Assembly: GCA_000934665.2 (NCBI GenBank)
Contig: JYFJ02004288.1
Span: forward strand, 1-33,223
Direction: 5' to 3'
DNA: 33,223 nt
Source: Catajapyx aquilonaris
Lineage: Eukaryota
The position numbers and the translations under genes were made by a program. Within the stretch, counting starts at the first letter, position 1; each line of letters begins with the position of its first letter. Under the pieces are notes generated by a model. The model was not told where the DNA came from and ran no database searches. It was given only the letters and a program-made list of their open reading frames with translations. Positions 22,260-33,223 of this stretch are shown piece after piece.

Positions 22260-25200
22260 TTAAGCTAAGAGGGAATTATGTTCTGTCATGTAACAAGCCC
22301 AGTAGGCAATGTTGAATATTAGAAAAGCCGTCGGGAATATGACCAAAGCTAGTCCGTCCAAGGAGAGAAGCTTTTCAAATATCCATTTCTTTTTTGGTTC
22401 TGCACCTCCTGGTGGAGAAGAACTGGTACTTTGTCCTGTCGCGCCTCGCAGCCCTTCCAGTTGAATTGACTCTGGACTGGACTTCCCCACTTCCTGGAAA
22501 CATACACGACATAGTATAAGTCAATATCTGGTATGGGTATACAGGGCACCAGAAAGTCAGCCCAGACTTGCATTGATGATACGCGTAGTATTCATCACAT
22601 GAGATTGACATGTGAGTGTTATGACTAGAGTCGCTAGACCATCTTGTTATTAGTTTACTCATTCTGACTGATATTCTTTCCTATTTTGATATATACGCAG
22701 AATTAGGCACTTAGAGCCTTTATCAATTCCACTCTTCTATATACGCGCAAACCCCGAAAACGGCAATTGAGCGAATAAAAACCGAGCATTTCGCCGAATT
22801 CTCTTTTCAAAACGGGCAGATCGCGAAATTCTCACTTTAAAACCGGCAGACCGCACATTGGTCGGCGGGCCAGGCACCGAATCACTGGCGGTTAAATGTT
22901 ATAGGCCATTAACTGATTTTATGGCTTTGCGGAATCGTACAGGTGAGTAACTTGGAAGACGAGACAGGACACTCTCTTGCACTTCTCGGAACCCATCATT
23001 ATGGAGTACTTAAGTTTTTATGTTGTTGCCGAGTACATGCAATGAAAGGATAAACGTGTATCACCATTTCCCAGAGACCCACTCTGCTGTAGATTACGAA
23101 AGAGTACTGAGAAAGCAAATGCACTCTACGTTATAGCCTATTGGATTACCACTCATTCGTACTTGATAATTAGTATAGGTTGTCAAAACTACCACTTCGG
23201 TATATCACGGTTATGCAAGAGTCTTATGCCTTGGCGTGGGGCCTTTATGGTCTGGTCGCCGTAACTCTGACACAGTTATGCAAGAGTGGTGCACTCTCAT
23301 GGAAAATAAACATGAATATAAGAGTAAGAAACTTGAAGCAAAGCAAGTCCTCTGCTGGGAATTGAACCCAGGTCCACAGTGTGTGTTCTGCCAACTGAAC
23401 TACAGAGGCTATGCAGCTCCAGTTCCATTTCTAGCGCCGAGAATGCGGCGATACAGAGCTCACCACAATGGAAGGCAGCGGTGCCGGCACCAATCTGGCC
23501 TCCTGTGCCTTCGACTTAGCCTTTTCAACGGCCATCTTGCGTCGGAATGTGAGGAAAAGGATGAGGGCATACTCCAACAAGGCGCAGAAGACAAAAATGA
23601 TGCAAGTGACCAGCCAGACTTCAATGCTCTTGAGGGAATTGCTGCGAGGAGCATTGGCCCTGAAAAGAAAAATTCTCGCTGGAGAAAGTCCAAGATGCAA
23701 GGTGTGGTATACACTAGACCGTTTGTGAACTCTGGCTACATTGACACTGGCATCTCGAGAAGGGTTATTTGGCATCCCTTTAGTCCCTCTAACCCGGAAA
23801 TAGCACTCTGGGGCGCAGGCCAGACAAAGATACCTTCGACAATAAACGAATTCTTGCTGAGGTTTGGCCCATGTCTCCTCAACCCTGCCAAGACCCCCTA
23901 ACAGGCCAATCACTGCACCAAAGAAGTGTCGACGACTGGCAGCACTTCGTGGCTAAGTCATCGTTAACATCATGATGCTGGCCTTATAATCAGGGTACGC
24001 CCAGATGAAAGCCTGCGTGTCAGCTAGTCGTTCGCAACCACAGAAACGTTGGAATGAAGCACTTAAAAATAGATGACTTTTACTAGCAGTGATTATTTAT
24101 GAAGTGTTTTGCCGTACCTGACCGACGAATACATTGTGACTAGGGTAAGGAGGGTGGTGACTAGCAGCACCATTCGACCTGGAACGACCTCTGCTGACAC
24201 GATGAAGCTGACCCACGAGACCACCACAAATAGTGCACTCGGCAAGTATGTTTGAAGGATGTATGGTCGGATCTTGCGACTCAGCGTGATTTCTAGTCGT
24301 AAGTGGGCAAATTGGGCTGTGAAAGAGGGGGGGTCATAAACTAACAATTATCTGGATACAACTGCATGGCATGCAATTACCGATTCCTGGTGTTCGTATG
24401 ATGGTATCAGGATTGGCCTCCATTGTGACCTCGAACTGTGGTAGTTGGTTCCAACTTTCTTCCAGCTTCAGTGCAGGATCATTTCTCCAGCTAAATGTCA
24501 TCAGTTTTGCTCCATAAGAATCTGAAAAACAGACAAGGTGCAATTTGAAATGCTCGTCTCAAGTCAGAAAATTTAATTGCCTCAGAATGATTGGGGAAAA
24601 AGTGTCAGCAGCTTATTGAAACTTAGATAGCGTTAAATGATATTCATTCAAAATTATTTGTGAATATACAGTAGTTATGGGCTTAAAAGTTCATTTTGTC
24701 CTACAATATCTGGAAATTCTTTGAAGACATAATGACAGTTATTGCAGGTGATACATAATACAGTGTTGGTGGCATATTTCATTTAAAAGTGACGCTCCTG
24801 CATTTTACCGGCATTATATCTGGATTTTTCATTATTGTCGCATCTTTTTCCGACTCATCTGTTTCAGCCTCTGCATCATGTAAATCCGAAAAGAAGTTCC
24901 AGTAACTTATTAGTTACTAAAATAATTCAGGCTTATTCAGAGGCCTTGTTTTGATCCTTTGTATACACCGCATGGTTAAAAAAATGACAAATGGTATTCA
25001 CAGTTTATAGCACCAGTAAGTTAAAACTGACCCAGACTATTCTAATACTTTCTCATCTCAACTCCTCTTCCTTGGCACCTTGCTATGTGAGACAAAAGTG
25101 TCAATGTTTCTAAAATGGAGTTTTAAAATATAAATATTATCGTACAGCAATTATTATTCAGTGTGACTTTGAAAGGTCACGGATTTGTCTAAGAGCAATA

Positions 25201-26676
25201 ATTTCAAAGGCAATTTTTGAACTGACTCCATAGCAGCAGTTAATGGAAGGAGACCCAGAAGAATGGGGAAGCAGATGAACCCAAGAGCAGAGTTATTATC
25301 TGCGAGTCGGTTCAAATGACCTTTTTTTTCTTAAAGGAATAGCAGGTATTTCCTTCTGACAGATTTGGAAAGCTTGCCAGGAAATGAAATTAGGCTGTAG
25401 AGACCTATTTGCAAAACGTTTGAAAATATCATGTGTTATTTGAGCCATAAAATCAATCAGTTAAAATGGGTTACAGCACATCAGGTTTCAAATTAAATGT
25501 GAACCTGGAAGCTAAGTCATGTAAAAAAATAAGCACAATTCATAAGAGATTTAAATCAAGAGTGAATATAGCGTACATAATTATAGTGTAAAACCTGCGG
25601 CATAAAATGCCAAGTTTTTGTTACCTAAGACCTATCGAGCGTCTGGAATTTGTTCGCATACAAGGCCAAATGTAGATCCATCTCTGGTAAACCTTTGTGG
25701 TGTAAAGTAGAGTAAATAAAAACGCCTGCAAAATGTGAAAAATGAAGTCTCCGACCTCCTTTCATATACCTTGTGCATGCACAGCATTCCAATACAGCAG
25801 TACGGTATCATTATTTCTTAATATGATATGCACATTGATCAGGTATCTATTGAATTTAAAACACTGCAGAGAGGCTGTGCTTTCCAAAAGTATATGTAAT
25901 ATAGTATCTTTCATTAATAACTTAATATTCCTGTACATTATAAAAATAATAAGCTGTGCATATGAAGACGTGACATTCAGAACTATCAGTCATATTTTGT
26001 TCACAATTTAGTTGGGCCTCGTGTAATTGAGTCCCTGTCTGGTATACTTTCTGATGGCCCAGTCTGCAGTTTTCTGCAGACTCAGTACCCAATAGAAATT
26101 TTCGATAACAAATAAGGAATAATGGAATATTTTCAAACCCTCACCTCTGGAACGGTAATTCGATTGTGACTATGATTGTTCTGAATTTCTAGTATTAATG
26201 AAAGTGGATTAGAGAACACACGACAAAATAATGGATATTATGACAGCATCGCATCACTTCAGACGCTACAGTAATGTGTACTGTACTGTATAGTGTATAT
26301 AGTATACTGCAACTTACGAGTTGATACACGGCTATAGTATTGAGCATAGGCAGTAGCTTTTAATGCGTAATTAGTAATTTCCGCAGTTTGTATATCAATG
26401 ACCACCAAAAACCTGACAATATTACTTACAGTCGTTTTTGAGCAATTTGAAAGCCCTCTAACTTTAGAACGACATAATTTATAACACCCACCAACACATT
26501 CCTGCCATAAAAATATACAGTGTATGTAATATGGGTTTGTGCCAAGTAGTCTAAGTTACTAATAATATGCAATATAGCTCTTTATATAAAGTGCTCTTGC
26601 AATGACTATACTGCCAGGCTACTGCAGAGTTCTGGGCACACCACTGGTAAGGCAAATAAGCTATGATGAAGATGTT

Positions 26677-26766
<90 letters not shown>

Positions 26767-28519
26767 GTTGTTGTTATTGCATCATCTGGAAGGAAGTCAT
26801 CAGTCAAAATAAAAGCTAAGCTAAAATAATATACAAAGTAAACAGTGTAACTTAATAAATTATATTGCACATCAAAACACTTTTTCAAACGTTTTAAATA
26901 GCCTTACAAGCAAAACTAGCCTACATATATTTGACGTCTAGTGTTTAACACTTTAACCACATCAATAGAGCCTCTTCCTCACAAGTGCAATTGCAGCCAG
27001 TGGAATAGTAAATGTGATTGTTCATAGGCGGCATTATTGTCATTTTTAAGGTTGAATGATGTCACAAACTGTGGCGTATTGTCTTTATAATTGATAAGGT
27101 ACACCATTTGCTATCCTCTCCAATAATCTGCTTGAGGAGTCATTAGTAACAAATTGTAAGATAGTGTCTCGCGGGTGTTCGATATCATCTAACGATTGAT
27201 GAATTAGAGCCAGAAGCAAAGCGGAAGGTGTAGCTGCAAGGCCGTCTACTCTAAACAGTATACATACCCACATTAGTTCAACCAAGCAATCTACTTACAG
27301 CTGGTAAATTCCACGTGACAGTTTTGCACATCGAAAGGGTACAGACGGAAATCCATTGGGCACACAACTGTCATTTCACATCTGGAATAAAAAATGAAGA
27401 CTTTTGCATGTATAAAAATGTTTCACTAGGAAATAGAAGTGTGGGAAAACCCGTGTTATACTCACGCTGTAGAATGCCGAATGGTTCCATCTTTGAAGAC
27501 CTGCAAAGATTCCATGCGACGATGCATTTCGTGAACGCGGAAGCGGCGTAGATTCCAGATGTACAGGTCAGGCATCCAAAATTTTTTAACCAGGCTGGTG
27601 TCTGCCATAGCAAGATCTCCATCTTCAAACACTTTTGGGTTCACAGTAATACGAGGATCTTGCCAGTATTCTCGTAAAAACATGGTCATGGTCACGGACT
27701 AAAAGGAAGGTCAATATTTTAAAAAAAATCCGGAAGGCGAGCCAACTCTATAGAAACGTGCATGTTAGAAATGGGCATAAAATGTTCAGTGTAATAAAGC
27801 AATCACAGAAGTAATGCGAAAATATTGATTGGGGAAGGAAGTAGCACTATTTGAATAGTAACATGCAATGGTACTCGGATTACCCATGTATCAACTGCAA
27901 AGTTTTGGGTTCTACTGCCAACAGTGTAGGCTACATTGCATGTGCTTGTGGCAAATGTCAAGGGAGATATCACAAGCTACTATCTGCTAGTTATCGTAAA
28001 TATGCACTGGGTCAGAAGGTAACTAGAAGAAATTGCTTCTCTTCAGCGTTGTAGTGGTCCCAGCAGTTTATGTAAAAATAGAAAAATTGAACTGGAGTGT
28101 GTGCCAGATAAGTTCCTCGTGAAAATTGACATTTTCCATGCCCCCTCCTCAAAAGTAAGAACATATCCCCCTTTGAAAAAAACAAACAATTTATACGTTA
28201 CCGAGCTGTGTTCATCCACTTCAGACACTTCTCTCACAAGCACCGACAACTTCAGGTCTATCGGTTCTCCTAAAAATAAACTCAATAAATCACACTAATC
28301 CCACTTTGAACACACACTATCCGCACCATTTGCAGGGAACGGTGGCTCAAACCGGTTGTACGTCTCAGTCATATTTAACAAGCTCTCCACAACCAGTATA
28401 TTGCCATTCACCCTGTATAAACACCACACCGATTAAGACACCCTGTCACTTTTAACCTCACACGTAACATACCCAACAGAAGTAAGTAGTGCTAGAATAA
28501 TGAGAGTCCAACACGCCAT
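22260..28519 (-). CDS. Cys-loop ligand-gated ion channel subunit B, tandem paralog of A; 9 exons: 28519-28473, 28412-28327, 28269-28202, 27698-27466, 27381-27299, 24521-24381, 24316-24118, 23659-23464, 22493-22260; 428 aa
   Basis: All introns are GT-AG and exons join in frame (1287 nt). Motifs: signal peptide MACWTLIILALLTSVGVNG, loop D MFLREYWQDPR, loop A FWMPDLYIWN, Cys-loop CPMDFRLYPFDVQNC, M2 VPGRMVLLVTTLLTLVTM, M3 CIIFVFCALLEYA, M4 LDGLALVIFPTAFLIFNIAYW. Exon sizes 47/68/83/141 are identical to gene A. Confidence 0.93.
23348..23409 (-). pseudogene. tRNA-like element lacking an anticodon loop (tRNA pseudogene or tail-less SINE head)
   Basis: GCCTCTG TA GTTC-AGTTGGCA-GAAC ACACACTGTGGAC CTGGG-TTCAATT-CCCAG CAGAGGA. 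The acceptor, D and T stems pair, but the anticodon arm is collapsed. Confidence 0.7.
26677..26775. repeat. Compound microsatellite (ATC)20(ATT)10(GTT)3
   Basis: Direct reading. Confidence 0.97.
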
Positions 28520-29609
28520 CCTGAACAAGCACAGTGGACCCATACAAATAGTTGACGTGTTTGCGAGGCGCATGGGACGCCGCCAGCTGCCCGACTGTTC
28601 TTTCCCGCCACATGTGCGCCAACTCCCACCTCCGCCATCGCTCCCTCCCCTACGTCACTATCGTCGGAACATGATTTACTCCCCTATTTATCCCCGCATC
28701 ACTCAGAAGTCCGACCTGAGTCCGCGACCACCTATCTTCGACTTGTCAGCCAAACCATCCTGGGTGGAATCGACCACCTGAAGGAGATGAGTTTCCCGAC
28801 TGAAACCTTGCCCATTTGCATTTTATTTGCGTCGACTGCAGAACGACAAGGGAGGTCTTCTGTCTGTCTGTTGGATAGAAACGGAGTGGTACCGACTGAA
28901 AGCGCCGCCAGAACGGAGTGGGGGAAGGTTGTAAAAAGAGACCAGACTGATTGGCACTAACTACACTACTCGCATGACTATATTTATTCCTTAAGGGCGT
29001 AAACAATTCTAGAGCATTGAGAGAATACCTGTCATTGAGGCTGACTCGGAGTACCAACAGTGACTAATGACCACTTTGGAAATAGATCCATTCATAAGTA
29101 TATGCCAGTGTTTGTCGGGCTTTTTAAATATTCCGGTATGCTATTTTCAATGTCAGAGGAGTTGATGGTTCTTTATTCAGATATGACATGGCTACCCTGA
29201 TGAGGTCATTAATTTAAGTCATATGCGTCCAATTGGATTTAGATTTGAAAAAGGTGGGATTTCGGGAATTGTGACCTACTCATAATTAATGCTGGGCTTA
29301 GCAGGAGACAAGATGACATACACCCGAGTCTGATGGCAATAGCAGAGTTGGCAAATGTCCTGATTCTTGGTAGGTTCAAAGAAAATGTTCAGAAGACCCT
29401 AATTTTCCGGAGCTTACAGGTGTAATGGGACGGGGAAGTTAAATATAGTATAACCCCGATTATCGTCACCCACGGGACCTGGGCATGGTCGGATAACAGA
29501 AAAGGTATGATAATCTTAGTAACAAAGGAAACTTTAACGAAACAAAAAAATAAGTTAAATAAAACATGGCATATTATGATTTTCTAAGAAATAGTGAAGT
29601 AGGCTATTT

Positions 29610-29776
29610 GAAGATCTCTGGGGAAGAACGATCAAGGTCAAATTTTTGTCAAAAATGAGTTACATACGGTATCTCCGAAGATACTTTCACTAGTTTAGAA
29701 TATATGGTTTGGTCGTGGTTGCGGAGTATAATGATCATAGGTCACTATGGAAGGCCCCGAAAGTGGGATTTACAAT
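29610..29776. mobile_element. Truncated second copy of the 8518-8750 MITE
   Basis: GGGGAAGAACGATCAAGGTC..GGTTTGGTCGTGGTTG..GGTCACTATGGAAGGCCC..AAAGTGGGATTTACAAT is shared with 8518-8663. Confidence 0.85.
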
Positions 29777-30251
29777 GGAGCGTACTGTATCATGAAGGTT
29801 TTTTTAAAATTCAAGGTTACAAGCTTAGGTGAATGTAACTGACAAAGTAGGCTACAGTGGAATCCTCCTATACGGTAACCACATCCGATACAAGCAAGTA
29901 CTGTAGAAAGGTCGGCACCTTCATATTTCCCGCAGTGCCAATGTACAAGTAGGCCTACCATAATTAAAAACTAGCTCTTCAGAGGTTAATGAAGTCAAAT
30001 TTCTTTCAGATATTTAGTCTGAAAGCAGTGAAAGGAGCTCTCACCAGATAAGCGACGTTATGGTTAACGAACGGTATTGATGGTCATAATTCAAGTTCAT
30101 TATTGACATAGCTTTAACGTGACTCGAAAAATAGGATTTTTCTCAAGTATCGTGAATTTTTAATTGCGTGAGAATTTTTGTAGGAGGGGGGGGGGGGGCT
30201 CAAAGGTTTATACANGGTTTATACAGAGGGCTTAGCCAGCTATTATTAATT

Positions 30252-30319
30252 ATTGATAAGTAATTTCTCTGGTCACCTGTACTGTATAGTACAGGTGACC
30301 AGAGAAATTACTTATCAAT
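30252..30319. repeat. 68-bp palindrome with one central mismatch
   Basis: ATTGATAAGTAATTTCTCTGGTCACCTGTACT-GTAT-AGTACAGGTGACCAGAGAAATTACTTATCAAT. Confidence 0.93.
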
Positions 30320-30384
30320 TTTTAATACTGATGAGCAGACGATTACATGGGTTGAATTTTAACATTTTTGTCCAGATGCAGACT

Positions 30385-30527
30385 TTGCACTCCAGACTTT
30401 AATCTGGAGTGCAAATCGCTTACTTGGAGTGCTTAATTTTTCATGTTTAAAAGCAGAGCCAATTGGAGTGCAAACTTTGCACTCCAAGGCTCAGTTTGGA
30501 GTGCAGATGACAATTTTGGAGTGCAAA
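30385..30527. repeat. Cluster of TGGAGTGC/GCACTCCA motifs in both orientations (likely MITE subterminal repeats)
   Basis: Seven copies of the motif within about 140 bp. Confidence 0.65.
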
Positions 30528-33207
30528 TAATTACACCATTACATCTGAATATTTCGACCTCTGCGATTATTTACCTGTTGGGAGGGCATGTAAAAGTTAA
30601 AACGTATGAGGGAGTGTATCTTTCTCCAGTCAAAATATACAGTATAAGGCCTACAAGCGAAAAACATCTGGTCAATTACCAAGAGTATTATGTGACCCAA
30701 GGGAAGAACAGACCTTACTATATATCACCTTGGTGACAATAATGTCAATAATGTCAATAAAACACATCACTGTGGACATACTGCATTTTATAGAGTCACA
30801 TTCCACAACTGAATTCTGTCCGGACATGAAAGAAAATCATTGTAATTAATATCGATTTGCAATATTAATGCAAGATAAGCTAATATTGGCTACATTGTGC
30901 GATCAATAGTAAATCCAGAACAAGCGGTTTTTTTCCTCGCCGTGCATTGTGTAGTTGCCTAATATACTGCATAGCCATTTTATGTAGTAGGAATCGTTTT
31001 CTCAGCAACAACAGTAGTTGGAAGAATCATCAGTTCAATTATGGTTTTAATGATTACTGACGCATCCTGAAAAAGTGCCATGGGTTTTGGTTACGTTCCG
31101 TATAAAGTACAGGTTGGCGACAGGATGACTGAAATAAAGTGTGACCTGGTGACAGTGAAAATGGAAGTGTGCCGGGAATATTCTGGCAAGGAAAAAATTA
31201 TCGACTTGGACCGCACACGGAGATATTTTTGTATAGCCGTATACCATAGCAAACACCAAACAGCAGCCAAAGAAAAAAAAAACTATTGGCTAAGTTTTGT
31301 TCAATAATATATTTGTAACATACAGTTAAGAATATTGAACTTAGGTTCAAAAATTACTCTAATTAATGCCTTGGCTAATGATGCCAGAAATATACAAGTT
31401 TCGTTTGTTGTGAAGCCCATGAACCTGACTTGTAAAGTGCGTGTTTGCGAGCATTCGAATCACGTCCCTTCTTTTGTTATGTCTGACATCCGCCAGCCTA
31501 TCCCCACTCATATTCACTCATATTCCAGGAAGCCTTATCACAAGACACGCATATCGAAGACCTACGTAATTATTATGAAAGGATTGTTCACTTGACGTAG
31601 ATTAAATAGAATGAGAGGCGTCCAAAATGACACCTGACATTCATATCGACGTATTCCTCCAAGCATTTCAGGCTATACAATTATTATTACCATGTACTGT
31701 ACTGTGTAGACTACATAATTATGTATAGTCATGTGGTTCACTATTACACCCTCAGTTATGAATATGGTACTATTTGACTTCTAAAGTCAAACAAATCGAC
31801 CAGAATATGAATGTAACTTTTGAGAGATAGAACATAGATCATGTCAAAGATAATAAACTGATTTGAGCTGTCTAAATCAATCTTGCTTGAAAGCATTTTT
31901 ACATGCATGCCTGAAGATTGCGAAAGCTATTATGTAGACAATAAAGCTTACACTCTGTCCGTATAAAATAGGCGTCCCATGCGGTTCCGAGAACACATTG
32001 CCCTCTTTGTTTATTTGATGGATATGATATTGCTCCTTGCCTGCTGTAGCGTTATACCTAGCGCAAAAAGTGGCTTGGGTTGTGCAGGTCACTGAATAAT
32101 CAATTTTTGCTACGGGAGTACATTATATGCCAACTCTTTCATTTTCTGGTTAGGTTGCTCCTGTGAATGGGTTTCTAAAATTTGTGTTTCCTTCGTAATT
32201 TAAAAAGCGGAATTTTTTATTACAAAGTTACAAGAAGTGTCACGTTATATCGTTGTTTGATGCATACGAAGTGAAGGTGGCGAATATAATATGCAGCATG
32301 ACACATTGAAGGCAACCCTTATATTTGCCCACACATTGGAAAGAGATTAATACAGTGAAACCTGTGTATAGTGGAATCGCACGGGACTCAAAAAATTTCC
32401 GTAATTGACAGGTTTCCGCTATAACCAGATCAAGGACGTTACTTTTTTTTTGCCCTAGAGAAAGAGAGGACAATGGGGAGAAGAATTACGGACATTACCC
32501 TCGTTACTCAATGTAAATTATCAAAGCAGTCATAATGTTGATTATGATTGGTTAGTTTATTTTTGAGGTGAATAATATTTTTTTTTGGTATAACCCTAGT
32601 AGCACTCATTAACCTGAAGGAGTTGGAGCCTCTAGTAATGGACTTGCCAAGACTCGCTCGTCTGCGGCAACTGTTGTCATGTGGCTTGAATTACACCGAA
32701 TTGGCTCATCATGTCCCGATTTATGTCACGAAGGTTGGCCACTTCGTCCTCCGCCTTATGGGTAACTTGTTTACGACTCATGAGTCATGCCCCCATACTG
32801 ACCATGGTTTCGGATGATGATCAATGAGCCAATTTGGTCTTATTCTAGTCTTGGCGTGTCTACTAGTTATAGAGGCTACACTCTCCTAAGGTTTATGTTA
32901 AGGCCAGGTTTCGCTGTAAAATGTAATCATGGATACGTACATTTTGATGATTTGATACAGTCACGTATGTGCTGTTGGAAATGACAATATTGTGCTCCGG
33001 CAGGCATCTGGAGGCGGATCTGCATGGTCTCCATAGAGTGCATGGTGCTCAAAATAATTGGCCTAATTTAAATACGGTATTTTACAATGCACCGACATTA
33101 TGCCGCGCGGGTTTGTTACGAAATGATAATTCCTAAGGATAACACCCCATAAATATCAGGAGATGGAATGTTGGGTGACATTCGCGCCGTGAACATGTCA
33201 AAAACCA

Positions 33208-33223
33208 CTCTCTCTCTCTCTCT
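33208..33223. repeat. (CT)n microsatellite running off the window end
   Basis: Direct reading. Confidence 0.8.

Noticed and set aside
23236..23901. 221-aa plus-strand ORF, the longest in the track
   Set aside because: It is antisense to channel B exon 8 and its flanking introns, starts at GTG and has no recognisable domain; most likely a shadow ORF.
26145..26266. Segment with good splice signals in the long channel B intron
   Set aside because: Stops occur in all three frames and there is no similarity to exon 6.
26602..26888. Poly-Ile and poly-Met ORFs
   Set aside because: Artefacts of the (ATC)n(ATT)n microsatellite.
28890..28990. TCAGT initiator-like and CCAAT motifs upstream of channel B
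   Set aside because: A plausible promoter, but several candidates exist and none can be chosen without TSS data.
31100..31225. KWKCAGNILAR..WT resembling the RTE LINE motif KWxWAGHIAR
   Set aside because: The match is too short and degraded to call without a search.

Overview
Intron-rich eukaryotic DNA, most likely an arthropod and possibly a crustacean (inferred from the gene families and repeats). I reconstructed three intact minus-strand genes by hand, with exon phases that join in frame. One is a 5-exon UDP-glycosyltransferase (7870-13240, 528 aa) with a GC-AG intron and both catalytic His/Asp positions substituted (E35, N142). The other two are tandem Cys-loop ligand-gated ion channel subunits (14422-19714, 8 exons, 462 aa; 22260-28519, 9 exons, 428 aa). 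They share an identical 21-aa PGR-type pore segment but have divergent ligand-binding loops. A decayed secreted leucine-rich-repeat gene probably lies at about 5780-7525. The rest is dense with MITEs, tRNA-derived SINEs, transposase remnants, spacerless palindromes and microsatellites. The most notable observations are the non-canonical UGT, the orphan channel pair and a candidate alternative 141-nt exon in the second channel.
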